A stretch of 63,366 bases of DNA, filler included, from Octopus bimaculoides (Eukaryota): NCBI RefSeq assembly GCF_001194135.2. It is 4 parts of 4 records of this genome, joined end to end, with 100 filler letters (N's around TTAATTAATTAA, not from the genome) between each part and the next. Parts side by side here need not be neighbours in the genome. Positions count along the whole stretch, not along the records: positions 1 to 17,909 come from NC_069006.1; 3 more parts are not named here. One strand, written 5' to 3'. Of the stretch, positions 1 to 10,960 are shown piece by piece (positions within the stretch are counted from its first letter, which is position 1; each line of letters begins with the position of its first letter). The translations under genes were made by a program, and so were the position numbers. The notes below the pieces were generated by a model. The model saw only the letters and a program-made list of their open reading frames with translations, was not told the origin of the DNA and did not search any database.

Positions 1-359
1 AAAGTCTTTGAGAATAATAAAAAATGTTAAAAAACAGTCTGAGTATTAAAATGCATATATACATTCTTTGATGATAAAATATATTTAAAGTATAAAGCTT
101 TGTATGAACTTTGTAGTGTTACATACTGATTGTCACACATTCTCTGATATTAAGGTGAAATTGTTAAAAACAGTGTTAAAAACAGTGTATGAAAATACAC
201 ATATGGAAAAATACATATACATATTCTTATACATATTCTTTGACAATCGAATAAAATTGAGAAGGAACTAACCTGGCCTTTTTCTCTTGTGTATATTGAA
301 GGAATGTTTTACTGTCTTAGGAGACAGTATGACTGGCTAGCTGGGGTGGGAGGGATGAA

Positions 360-697
360 GATTCCCAGACCGAGCATTGTGTGTGTTTATTGAGCGAAAA
401 CACCTAAAAGCTCCACAAGGCTCCGGCAGCGGATGATGGTGGCGAACCCTGCTGCACTCTTCCACCACAACTTTCTCTCACTCTTACTTCCTGTTTCTGA
501 TGTACCTGTAATTCAAAGGGCCAGCCATGTCGCACTCTGTGTCACGCTGAATATCCCCGAGAACTACGTTAAGGGTACACGTGTCTGTGGAGTGCTCAGC
601 CACTTGCACGTTAATTTCACGAGCTGGCTGTTCCGTTGATCGGATCAACTGGAACCCTTGACGTCGTAAGCGACGGAGTGCCAACAACAACAATAAT
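360..697 (+). mobile_element. SINE family B, 5'-truncated
   Basis: Colinear with the full copy at 58987-59420; ends in acggagtgcc(aac)n. Confidence 0.85.
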
Positions 698-781
698 ATA
701 ACTGGTTTTTGACTTCTGCGAAAGCCATGAGTCAGAACGTTCTTCCCAGAGAAAAATGCTTGCCCATACACAGGTAGGTGT

Positions 782-1088
782 GGGCATGGCTGTGCGATAA
801 AAAGCTTGTTTCCCACCCATGTGGTTCCAGGTTCAATCCCACTGTGTGGCACTTTGTGTGTATTACTGACTCTTTGCCTTGACATTGTGTGATTGTTGTA
901 AATGAATGTCACCATCATGTAAGCAGCATCCTGCACTCCCAATCTTTGGGGAAAATATTACCTTAGTGGAAAACAGGCGAGGGTTGGCAACAGGGAGGGC
1001 ATCCAGCTGTAAAAAATCCACCTCAACAAAACTCCATCTGACCCATGCAAACATGGAAAAGCAGATGTAAAAACAATGATGATAACCA
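782..1088 (+). mobile_element. Chimeric SINE: family A head, different body, RTE-type tail
   Basis: Head ggcatggctgtg...ggttcaatcccactg; tail agggcatccagctgta...ccatgcaaacatggaaa...atgatgat as in the RTE 3' ends. Confidence 0.6.
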
Positions 1089-1093
1089 CAGAT

Positions 1094-1468
1094 GCAGGCA
1101 TGGCTGTGTGGTAAGAAACTTGCTTTCCAACCACATGGTTCTGGGTTCGGTCCCACTGCATGGAACCTTGGGCAAGTATTTTTTACTATAGCCTTGGGCT
1201 GACCAAAGCCTTGTGAGTGTATTTTGTAAACAGAAACTGAAAGAAGCCTGTCGTGTGTGTGTGTGTGTGTGTTTGTCCCCATCACTACTTGACAACCAGT
1301 GTTGGTTTGTTTACATTCCTGTAACTCATTGTTTTGGCAAAATGGGATCAATAGAATAAGTACCAAATTTAAAAAGGAAAAAAAAAAAAAAACTACTGGG
1401 GTCAATTCATTCACCTGAAAGTTCTTCAAGGTAGTGCCCCAGCATGGCCAAGGTTTCATAACTGATAC
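1094..1468 (+). mobile_element. SINE family A (tRNA-derived head, central GT microsatellite)
   Basis: A-box tggctgtgtggt, B-box ggttcggtccc, ccttgggcaagt, 3' ccagcatggcc; colinear with 13556-13948. Confidence 0.85.
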
Positions 1469-1529
1469 AGTTGTGAGGTTGCCACTACTGCTTGTAATTG
1501 CCATCCAAGCTTAAAACTGAAAGTTTATA

Positions 1530-1725
1530 GTCACTCAGCCTTCTAGAAATACCAGCTAAATCTTCCTCACATTTTGCTATCTTCAGACATGACAGACTCA
1601 GAAGATAATGAAATCCCTTAGATGTGAAAACTAAAAATTAAAAAGAATGAAGGCAGTTGTGATCATAGCTGGGAGACCATACATGATAGGCCTGGCCTTG
1701 GGCTAAATAACTTTCTTTATCGGTT
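1530..1725 (+). repeat. Old interspersed repeat family E fragment
   Basis: Variant of the aaatagcagccaaatctccctc motif, shared with 8380, 16250(-), 26545(-) and 30800(-). Confidence 0.45.
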
Positions 1726-2093
1726 GACTGGTTTAAATGGAACAAGATACAGGGGGGAGGAGTCGTATCACACAAGATAATGCACTCAGAATGTTTCTGC
1801 CAAGAAAATAACACTTTATCCATAAATCAGTCTGTTATTGAACCCTGGGTCATCCTTGATCCAGCTGGCCTCTAAGCAGACACATTCCTGTTTTTTTTTT
1901 CATAGTTAATTTCTGAAGATTAAATAATCTATATCTGCATATATATTTATATACATAGACACCTATACACAAACACATGTATACATACATATTCACTGTG
2001 TGTGTATAAGTTTATCTTTTCAATTTCAAAAGGTGTATTTTGGATTGTGTGAATGCTTAGTATGATGGTGCATAAGCATATCTGTATACATCG

Positions 2094-2662
2094 TCATCAT
2101 CATCACATCATCATCATCATCATCATCGTTTAACGTCCGCTTTCCATGCTAGCATGGGTTGGACGATTTGACTGAGGACTGGTGAAACCGGATGGCAACA
2201 CCAGGCTCCAGTCTGATTTGGCAGAGTTTCTACAGCTGGATGCCCTTCCTAACGCCAACCACTCAGAGAGTGTAGTGGGTGCTTTTACGTGTCACCCGCA
2301 CGAAAACGGCCACGCTCGAAATGGTGTCTTTTATGTGCCACCCGCACAAGCCAGTCCAGGGGCACTGGTAACGATCTCGCTCGAAAATCCTACAGGAGCC
2401 AGTCAGGCGGTACTGGCAACGGCCACGCTCAAAATGGTGCATCTCATGTGCCACCCGCACAAGAACCAGTCCAGGGGCACTGGCAACGATCTTACTTGGC
2501 TTGCCGGGTCTTCTCACGCACAGCACATTTCCAAAGGTCTCGGTCCGTAGTCATCGCCTCGGTGAGGCCCAATGTACGAAGGTCTTGCCTCACCACCTCA
2601 GCCCAGGTCTTCCTGGGCCTACCTCTTCCACGGGTTCCCTCAACTGTTAGGGTGTGGCACTT
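2094..2662 (-). mobile_element. RTE-clade LINE 3' end
   Basis: C-terminus VEGTRGRGRPRKTWAEVVRQDLRTLGLTEAMTTDRDLWKCAV*, typical of RTE; 3' UTR ends in (gat)n. Confidence 0.85.
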
Positions 2663-2940
2663 TACACACACTCGCACATATACACACACACACACGTGTT
2701 TGTATAGAATGCTGTATTAATATGAATGGTCCATACAGTGAATATCTTGTGTATGCAAGAGTGTATATTAAACAATACAATGATAAGAAGAGCATATATA
2801 TACAATGGGTATGGTTTTGATTATTATCATTATAATGTCTTTATCTTAGCACTGGAGTGTATACATACAGCAATGAGTATATATAAAGTAGTTATCTAGT
2901 GTGATGCATATGTTTTGTGTTCTTACCAACACGCACATAC

Positions 2941-2978
<38 letters not shown>

Positions 2979-3589
2979 TGTGTGTGTGTGTGCTTCATAC
3001 ATCTTCGCTCTGTGATAGGTCTGAATGCATATGTAACACAATTTGCTCTGATGGAAACTCTCTAAAGTGTTTTTCTTAATCTATTTAGATTTGTTTCTCA
3101 GATTCTAAGCTTTCAAGTACTAAATTGATGTCTAATATAATAGCATCTACCTACTCCTTCTACCTACACCCCCCACCATCCATCTCCACTCCACCCAATA
3201 CCCCTACATCTACCATTTTCTTCACCCTACACACCACACCTCTACCATTTCCTTCGCCGTGTTCACCAGCACATACCAATTTCTTTAGCACATACACCAC
3301 TCTGTACCATTGTGATGATGTCTTAGGAAATCTATTTATTTTGTTCCAGAGAACATGTCCTGTACAAGAACAGTGTTAGAAGAATCACCATCTTGTTCTG
3401 CCATTAATGCTGTTGCCTTCATTATTATTATTATCAGTATCACCAACACCATTAATAACCACTGGTACAACAGCATTTACATGTTTACTTGAGTTCCTAG
3501 AAATAGCATCCAAAACACCCTTAAACAGCAGCCTGCTACTCTAAATAAATAAAGGCAAAATAAGTCCCAGCCCTCTGTTAGTTATGGCG

Positions 3590-3843
3590 ATGAGGGTTTT
3601 AGCTGATCCAATCAATGGGACAGATTGCTCATGAAATTATTGTGCAAGTGGCTGAGCACTCTGCAGATGTGTGCACCCTTAATGTAGTTCTCAGGGAGAT
3701 TCAACATGAGACAGAATATGACAAGGCTGGCCCCTTGAAATACAGGCACCACTCGTTTTTACCAATGAAGTGAACTGGAACTATGTGAAATAAAGTGTCT
3801 TGCTCAAGGACGCAACACACCACCAGGAATCGAACTCACAACC
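3590..3843 (-). mobile_element. SINE with family B tail and family F-like body
   Basis: Reverse strand: gttcgattcc, ccttgagcaagacactttatttcac, then the family B 3' region. Confidence 0.7.
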
Positions 3844-3844
3844 T

Positions 3845-4020
3845 CAGCATTCAGATTAATTTATCAAAAGTGATGCTCATTTATTTCCATTGTTTTTAAC
3901 TAATCATGAATTGTCTCGTGGCTATGAGATTTCAACGATGTTATTGTTTTACTTTTAGAATGACATTGTAAGGCAGGTGTGAGAGGCTGGACCTGACCAG
4001 TTTGAATGCTAAAGGGTTAA
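3845..4020. mobile_element. piggyBac-type MITE remnant
   Basis: Right end tgaatgctaaaggg followed by TTAA; matching cagcattca at the left end. Confidence 0.5.
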
Positions 4021-4399
4021 ATACACCTAAAGTGATGGAGGAGGCATGGTTGGAGTGTCAGTAATCGTAGTTCTGCTTGATCTAGGTCAACGTGGAACCA
4101 AACAACATTGCCACTGCCACCACCCTCCTTATAGTCATCATCATCATCATATGTCTACCTTGTGACCTGCTCCATCAGCTCATAACTCTGAACTTCATAC
4201 ATGACCTCATAGCAAAGTCGAAATGTCATTTATAATCGCCTATAGTTTTAATCGATAACCTATTATTGGATCATGATAAAGGTATTCACTATCCCATAAG
4301 TTAGCCTATAGTCCACTGCTCATGCTGTAGTTTACAACCCATGGCTACCACCACCATTTGCTCATACTGTAGTAGTCCACAATGCACTTTGATCTGTTA

Positions 4400-4765
4400 T
4401 CCTTTTACTTGTTTCAGTCAATGGGCTCTGGCCATGCTGGGGCACCACCTTGAAGGGTCTTAGTCAAATGAATCAGCCTCCATACTTTTATTTTTACGCT
4501 TGGTACTTACTCTATTGGTCAATTTTTGCCAAACTGCTAAGTTATGGGGACATAGGCAAACCAGCATTAGTTATCAGGCATTTGTTGGAGACAAACACAA
4601 ACATGAATGTATGTATATAGTCACGAAGGGCTTCTTTCAGTTACCATCTACTAAGTCCACTCTCAAGGTTTCGGTCAACCCAGTGCTATAGTAGAGGGCA
4701 TCTGCCCCAGGTGCCACAAAGTGGGACTGAACCCAGAAACAAATTTCTTACCACACTTCCACTGC
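4400..4765 (-). mobile_element. SINE family A
   Basis: Reverse complement of the family A tail through to its head. Confidence 0.8.
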
Positions 4766-4769
4766 ATGC

Positions 4770-5360
4770 CACCACTACCACCACACCTGCCTATACACTG
4801 GTCAATGCTTTTCTGCTGCTTCTGCCCATACTGTTGTTCACAATCCACTACTACCACAACTTTTACCCACACAACCCACCACTACTGCTGTGTTTGCCTA
4901 TACTTTAGTTGTTTGCTACCACAATGCAGTATAGGCTGTAGCCCTTACCCCAGTATTACTGCTGTCCCACTGACATTGTTTATTGCTATGACATATATAT
5001 CTTGCCTGCTGTTTTTAATACTACTACTACCACCACCACTGCTACTACTACAGTTACTATTACTACTTCAACTACCACTACATGTACTTCTACTTCACCT
5101 AGTACCACTGTTACTACTACTACTACTATCACTGCTACTACTTTTGCTGTTTCTTGGACAGACAGACACCTCACACCTCATTATCTGGCAATGGAATCTA
5201 CTATTTAGATAACATTTCTTGCATCTTTGCAAGTTGATGGTGCTGCCATCTCCAATGTATTTAAATCTGTATACTACCACCATAACCACCACTGCCTTCA
5301 CCAACACCACCATCAAAGCCATTCCTACTTTTACTACTACCACCATCACCATCATTGCCC
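4770..5360. repeat. Degenerate (ACT/ACC)n low-complexity tract
   Basis: Runs of ctactac and caccac. Confidence 0.7.
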
Positions 5361-6599
5361 ACTAGCACCATTATCTTTCTAACCATTTACGTTTCTCATC
5401 GGCTGACATTTTCAGTTATCAGAAACATGTCAAAGAAGGATGCCTTTTGAGCAAACAGATTACCATTCTGTACATAGTTTCTAATTTCTGAGAGAGAGTC
5501 TTTCCACCCAGGCACCCAGCTATTGCTGTACTTTAAAAGGATATATATATATATATATATATACATATGTATGTGTGTATGTATGTATGTATACATATAT
5601 ATGCATCATGGTATCAACCAGACTATCGGATGTTCTTATACACCACTGGTTGCAAATGTGCTTCATATCATTTGTAGCTTNNNNNNNNNNNNNNNNNNNN
5701 NNNNNNNNNNNNNNNNNNNNNNNNNNNNNNNNNNNNNNNNNNNNNNNNNNNNNNNNNNNNNNNNNNNNNNNNNNNNNNNNNNNNNNNNNNNNNNNNNNNN
5801 NNNNNNNNNNNNNNNNNNNNNNNNNNNNNNNNNNNNNNNNNNNNNNNNNNNNNNNNNNNNNNNNNNNNNNNNNNNNNNNNNNNNNNNNNNNNNNNNNNNN
5901 NNNNNNNNNNNNNNNNNNNNNNNNNNNNNNNNNNNNNNNNNNNNNNNNNNNNNNNNNNNNNNNNNNNNNNNNNNNNNNNNNNNNNNNNNNNNNNNNNNNN
6001 NNNNNNNNNNNNNNNNNNNNNNNNNNNNNNNNNNNNNNNNNNNNNNNNNNNNNNNNNNNNNNNNNNNNNNNNNNNNNNNNNNNNNNNNNNNNNNNNNNNN
6101 NNNNNNNNNNNNNNNNNNNNNNNNNNNNNNNNNNNNNNNNNNNNNNNNNNNNNNNNNNNNNNNNNNNNNNNNNNNNNNNNNNNNNNNNNNNNNNNNNNNN
6201 NNNNNNNNNNNNNNNNNNNNNNNNNNNNNNNNNNNNNNNNNNNNNNNNNNNNNNNNNNNNNNNNNNNNNGTTCTAATTCAACTGTGGAATGTCCCTCGAT
6301 ATGGTTATTTTCCAGGAGGTTCTGGCCACACGTCTTACGGTTCATCAACCCGCGTTGTTGAATTACTTTCTTCCGACATACCTTCCCTTGGTGGATTAGG
6401 ATCCAGTTAGCTCAAGACATCATCAGGAGGAACCACGTCCGGTTTCGGCCCCTACTCCTCTACCGTTTTGATGTGGCTGGGCCACCCCCTTTCGGAGGTG
6501 TCTTCAGCTCTGGTGTTGGGTGCATGTCTTCTTTCTTCTATTCCCTGGCCTCTTCGATGCAGCATCAACGAGTGTCAGCGTCCTAGCTGAGGTATCACC

Positions 6600-7160
6600 G
6601 CTTATTTTTCAAGCAGTGCTGTTTTCTACAAGTGCTCCACCTGTACTGCAGACCCCTATTTGTTCAATGTACTTCTGAAGATCCTTACTTACTATTCTTA
6701 AGGCTCCAATTATTGGTATTACTACCACCTTTCCCAGTGACCACAACTGCTTAACCTCCCAAGCTAACCTGTCATATCTATCGACTTTTCTTTCTTCTTT
6801 ATCACTTATCTTCTTGTCAGCTGGGCGTGCTGTATCTATAATCCAGCTCTGTTTGCATTCTTTCTCAATTTTCATTATATCTGGTTTCCTATTCTCAATC
6901 TCATAGTCGCACTGAATCATAAAGTCCCCAGGATCTTTGCATTATCATCTGTGATAATGTTTTCAGGTTATGGTTCATACCAATCTTCTGCTCTGCCAGG
7001 TTCATACTTTTTGCAAAATGCTCAATGGACTATCCTTGCTATGTTATATCATGCTACCCTCATATTCTTTCTGAGCTTGTGGTGTATATCAACTGCTAAT
7101 ATACTATACACTTTCCCCCATTCTCTCCACAAATTCTTGGGAAACACAGGTTAAGTCCTG
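6600..7160 (-). mobile_element. R4/Dong-like RLE retrotransposon 3' fragment, dead
   Basis: IQCDYEIENRKPDI...IIDTARPADKKISDKEERKVDRY...IPIIGAL: restriction-like endonuclease (PD...D...K) motif; stops upstream. Confidence 0.8.
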
Positions 7161-7230
7161 TTTCCAAAATCAGAAGAGATTAGTAGTAGTAATAGCAGTA
7201 GCAGAAGTAGTAGTAGTAGTAGTAGTAGTA

Positions 7231-7455
7231 AAGGCAGCAGCTGACAAAATCATTAGCAAACTGGCAAAATGCTTTATGACATTTCATCTGTCTTTACATT
7301 CCGAGTTCAAATTCTGCCAAGGTCAACTTTGCCCTTCATCTTTTTGGGATCAATAAATTAAGTACCAGTGAAAAACTTTGGGGTTGATGCAATCGACTAG
7401 TTCCCCTCCCCACAAATTGTGCCTTTAGTAGAAATTATTATTATTATTATTATTA
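7231..7455 (+). mobile_element. SINE family C with (ATT)n tail
   Basis: gagttcaaattc B-box-like motif, aggtcaactttgcc, taagtaccagt, ggggttgatgcaatcgact, agtagaaattattatt. Confidence 0.8.
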
Positions 7456-7845
7456 TTGTGAGATCAACTTTGCCATCATTCATCTATCTGAAGAATTATC
7501 ATCGATGAAATCAACCTCGGTCCTTCACTGAAATGGATATGTGGTTCAACTGCCATCACTCAGTTCATTCGCGTCTTCGGTCTTGTACATCTGTTTTACA
7601 GATTACATCTGTTGCGTCAGTTACATCTATTTAATGTGTTAAACTTAGGCGTTGTTGTGTCTGTTTTTCTGTCTAACTCTCCTGATACCAGCCTGCCTGA
7701 GACCGCACTCAGTTCTCTGATACAAACTTCCGGTTTTAAAGTGATTCAATTTAAATTAAAGTGATTCAATTTAAAGTGATTCAATTTAAAACCGTCCATC
7801 AAAATTTCTTGTTAATTTATATTCCAAATACCAACTTAATTATAG

Positions 7846-8035
7846 CTGTTCTTTAGACTGCGACCATGCTGGGGCACCACCTTGTGGAATTTCTAGTCAA
7901 ATGAATCTACTTTAGTGCTTCTTTCCTTTTTTTTTTAAAGTCTGGTACCTACTCTATTGGTCTCTTTTGCTGATCCACTAAGTTATGGGGACTTAAACAC
8001 ACCAGTACCAGTTGCCAAGCAGTGGGCGGACACAC
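7846..8035 (-). mobile_element. SINE family A 3' half
   Basis: gactgcgaccatgctggggcaccacc...tacttactctattggtc-type sequence...agttgccaagc. Confidence 0.75.
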
Positions 8036-8339
8036 ACACACGCAGCGTGCTAATGATTCTGCCAGCTCACTGCTTTGCATTGTGCATCTTACTTGCATGA
8101 TAACTGAACTCATATACATACTTCAGCATGTCTAGTGTTCCCCCAATTTCCACTTAAGTAACATGCTAGTAGTAGTTGTAGTAGTAGTAGTGGCTGTTTC
8201 TGATTTAGGCACAAGGCCAGGAATTTTGAGGGGAGGGGTTATCCATCAACCTCTCTCACAATACTTCCTCTAACAACATTTCCTATTAACCTAGAGGTAC
8301 CAGATTCAACTGCTCTATAAACTGTTAAATGAAGCATCC

Positions 8340-8705
8340 GTTGAAGCATACAAGGGAATCTATATTTGATTGCTCGACTTGTTAAAAATAGCAACCAAAT
8401 TTCCCTCCAATCATATCCTGCCACTGTATTTTTAATGAATAGATTGTGTTTCATTTCATTTTCAATGTAATTAGCTTTTGGAAGGATTCAGGAAGCTATT
8501 TGTAACATAAGTCAGCCAAATGAGATTTTAATCACAATCAAATTTAATATAATTTAAATACAAGTACTTTAGTACAGGTTGTATCAAGCTGGTGGTTGGT
8601 AGAAAGAACTATTTTAGATATTGTAGTCATACAAAACCCTAAAAAGAGACCGGATGGTCATAATTGGTAAATGATGATTCACTTAAGGCTAATCAACAAC
8701 CACCA
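8340..8705 (+). repeat. Family E fragment
   Basis: gctcgacttgttaaaaatagcaaccaaatttccctcc and ggatggtcata motifs. Confidence 0.45.
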
Positions 8706-8719
8706 ACATTTGTGTGTAT

Positions 8720-9210
8720 TTGCTTGTGAGAGTTCATTTTCAGTATAACCTTTCATCATCTGACAAGATATCCGCCTCCAATGCCCCCTCCTCTATAGCA
8801 CGACACATGTCTCTGCTTCTTTGTCTCTCTGTCACACTCTAACCTTTCATTATCCTATTGCAAGATCCCTTCCTCCAATGCCTTCTCTCCCTTCAGAAAA
8901 TTCCTTGTCTTGCAAGTTACTTGGTGACCCTGCCCAGTGCTTGCGCCACTTAAAAAGCATCCAGTCCACACTGTAAAGTAGTTGGCATTTGGAAGGGCCA
9001 TCTAACTTTAAAAACGATATTATCAGTGCTGGTGTCAAGTAAAAAGCACTGAGTCCACTCTGCAGAGTGGATGGTCATAGGAAGGGCATTCAGCTGTAAA
9101 AACCCTGCCAAAACAGACACAGTAGCCAGGAGCAGTCTTCTACTTTGCTGGCTCCTGTCAAACCATCCAACCCATGCCAGCATGGGAAGGGAACGTTAAA
9201 TGATGACGTG
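8720..9210 (+). mobile_element. RTE-type 3' UTR fragments
   Basis: ggaagggcattcagctgtaaaa...acccatgccagcatggg...aacgttaaatgatgacg, matching the reverse of 2094-2290. Confidence 0.7.
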
Positions 9211-9809
9211 TGTCTTTTTTTTCCAATAGAAATTCATCTCTAAAGCCTCCCCCTTTTCCCGGGTTTAAACCTAACCTAGGTCAACTTTGCCCTTCATATC
9301 TTGAGTTTTTGTGTATGGCTCTTCATAGAAGGTCCTACAGGTTTATCGGTATCATACTTGTTTGTATCTTTCACCTGTTATAAAAACAGAGATAGTGTTG
9401 ATTTTCTTCAGTTACTCTGTGGGTGTGTGTGTCTATGCATGTGTAAAAATCTGTCTCTCTTTCTCTCTCTCTCTCTATATATATATATGTTGTTCATGTG
9501 TTTAATGTCTGAAGTCCAAAACCTGAGTTTTACTGCACATACTCACACCAGAGTAAAGGTACCATACAGCAACAGTACATGGACCACACTATTACAGGAA
9601 CTGAATCAAAAAAGAGAGCTACTACATGGTCATTTGACCAGCTGAACATTGCAGTCAGAGATCCCTGAAATTGTTATCTTACCATCTTAAAGCATGAAGA
9701 ACACAAATTGATTTGGTTATGATTTGGTGAGGGGAGAAAGTTGTGTCACCCAGAGCATGGCAGGGCCTACATAGACTGATGGGTGAAGGAAAAACTGTTA
9801 ACATTGATG

Positions 9810-9945
9810 TAGGCATAGCTGTGTAGTAAGAAATTTGCTTTCCAACCACATGGTTCCAGGTTCAGTCCCACTGTATGACACCTTGGGCAGGTGTCTTCTT
9901 TCTATAGCCTCGGGCCAATCCACTCACAAGGCTTTGGTAGACAGC
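9810..9945 (+). mobile_element. SINE family A 5' part
   Basis: ggcatagctgtgtagtaag...ggttcagtcccactg...ccttgggcaggtgtc. Confidence 0.75.
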
Positions 9946-10364
9946 TCTCTTCCATATGTTAGAGAACAGCTCATTTCTTTTAAAATGACTGTAAACAAAA
10001 TTAGCTCGATTCGTGTGATATCAGGCATTTCAGGATTGGCTGATTGATAGCCTTGTGTGGTACTGGGTCTTAGAAACAGCTGAGAGATAAGCTACTTCTC
10101 TGGCATGGTGTTTTTCTCCCTCCCCACTATCCCAGGTTGGATAATTTATTCAAATGCATACAACAAAGTAGACCACAGTGGCATTTGCAGAATGATAGGT
10201 TAGCAATCTTATATATACATAGTATAAAAGAGACGGGGAGAGGCAGAATGGTTGTTGATATAACAACAAGAATATTATTATAGCTATTAGTGAGCAAAGA
10301 GTAATTTCTAGTATTTTCTTTCTAGAAAATAAGTGCAATAACATTAATGTATGTACACATAGAC

Positions 10365-10538
10365 ACAGGCATCACTGTGTGGTAAAGAAGTTTGCTTCGC
10401 AACCATATAGTTCCAGATTCAGTCCCACATCATGGTGCCTTGGACAAGTGTCTTAGCCTTGCTCTAACAAAAGCCTTGTGAGTGAATTTGGTAGACAGAA
10501 ACTGAAAGAAACACACCATATATGTATGTGAAGCCCGG

Positions 10539-10578
<40 letters not shown>

Positions 10579-10960
10579 CATATGAAGCTTGTCGTGTGTG
10601 TATTTTTCATCTTTTACTTGTTTCAGTCATTAGACTGTGGTCATGCTGGGGCACTGCCTTAAAGAATCGACCCCAGTACTTATTTTTCTTAAACCTGGTA
10701 CTTATTCTATTGGTCTCTTTTGCCAAACTGCTAAGTTATAAGGACATATATGTATGTGTGTATGTGTGTGCACCTCCGCTACTTGACAACAACCAATATT
10801 GGTTTGTTGACATCCCTATAACTAAGCAGTTTTAGAGACCAATAGAAGTACCAGGCTTAAAAACAACTACAGAGATCAATTTGTTTGACTAAACCCTTCA
10901 AGCCGGTGACCCCAGCATGGCTGCAGTCTAAGACTGAAACAAATAAGCAATAAAAGATAT
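10365..10960. mobile_element. Family A (+) copy interrupted by an inverted family A 3' half
   Basis: + head 10365-10520, - 3' half ~10600-10745, + 3' half ~10770-10960. Confidence 0.75.

Noticed and set aside
433-942. Similar ORFs at 433-639 and 59120-59323
   Set aside because: Both are readings of SINE family B, not a gene family.
4721-5355. Thr-rich ORF 5002-5208 as a mucin-like exon
   Set aside because: No convincing splice sites, and it sits in a decayed (ACT)n tract, unlike the exon at 17328.
7736-7790. Triplicated aaagtgattcaattt
   Set aside because: Local slippage inside an old repeat; no spacers, so not CRISPR-like.
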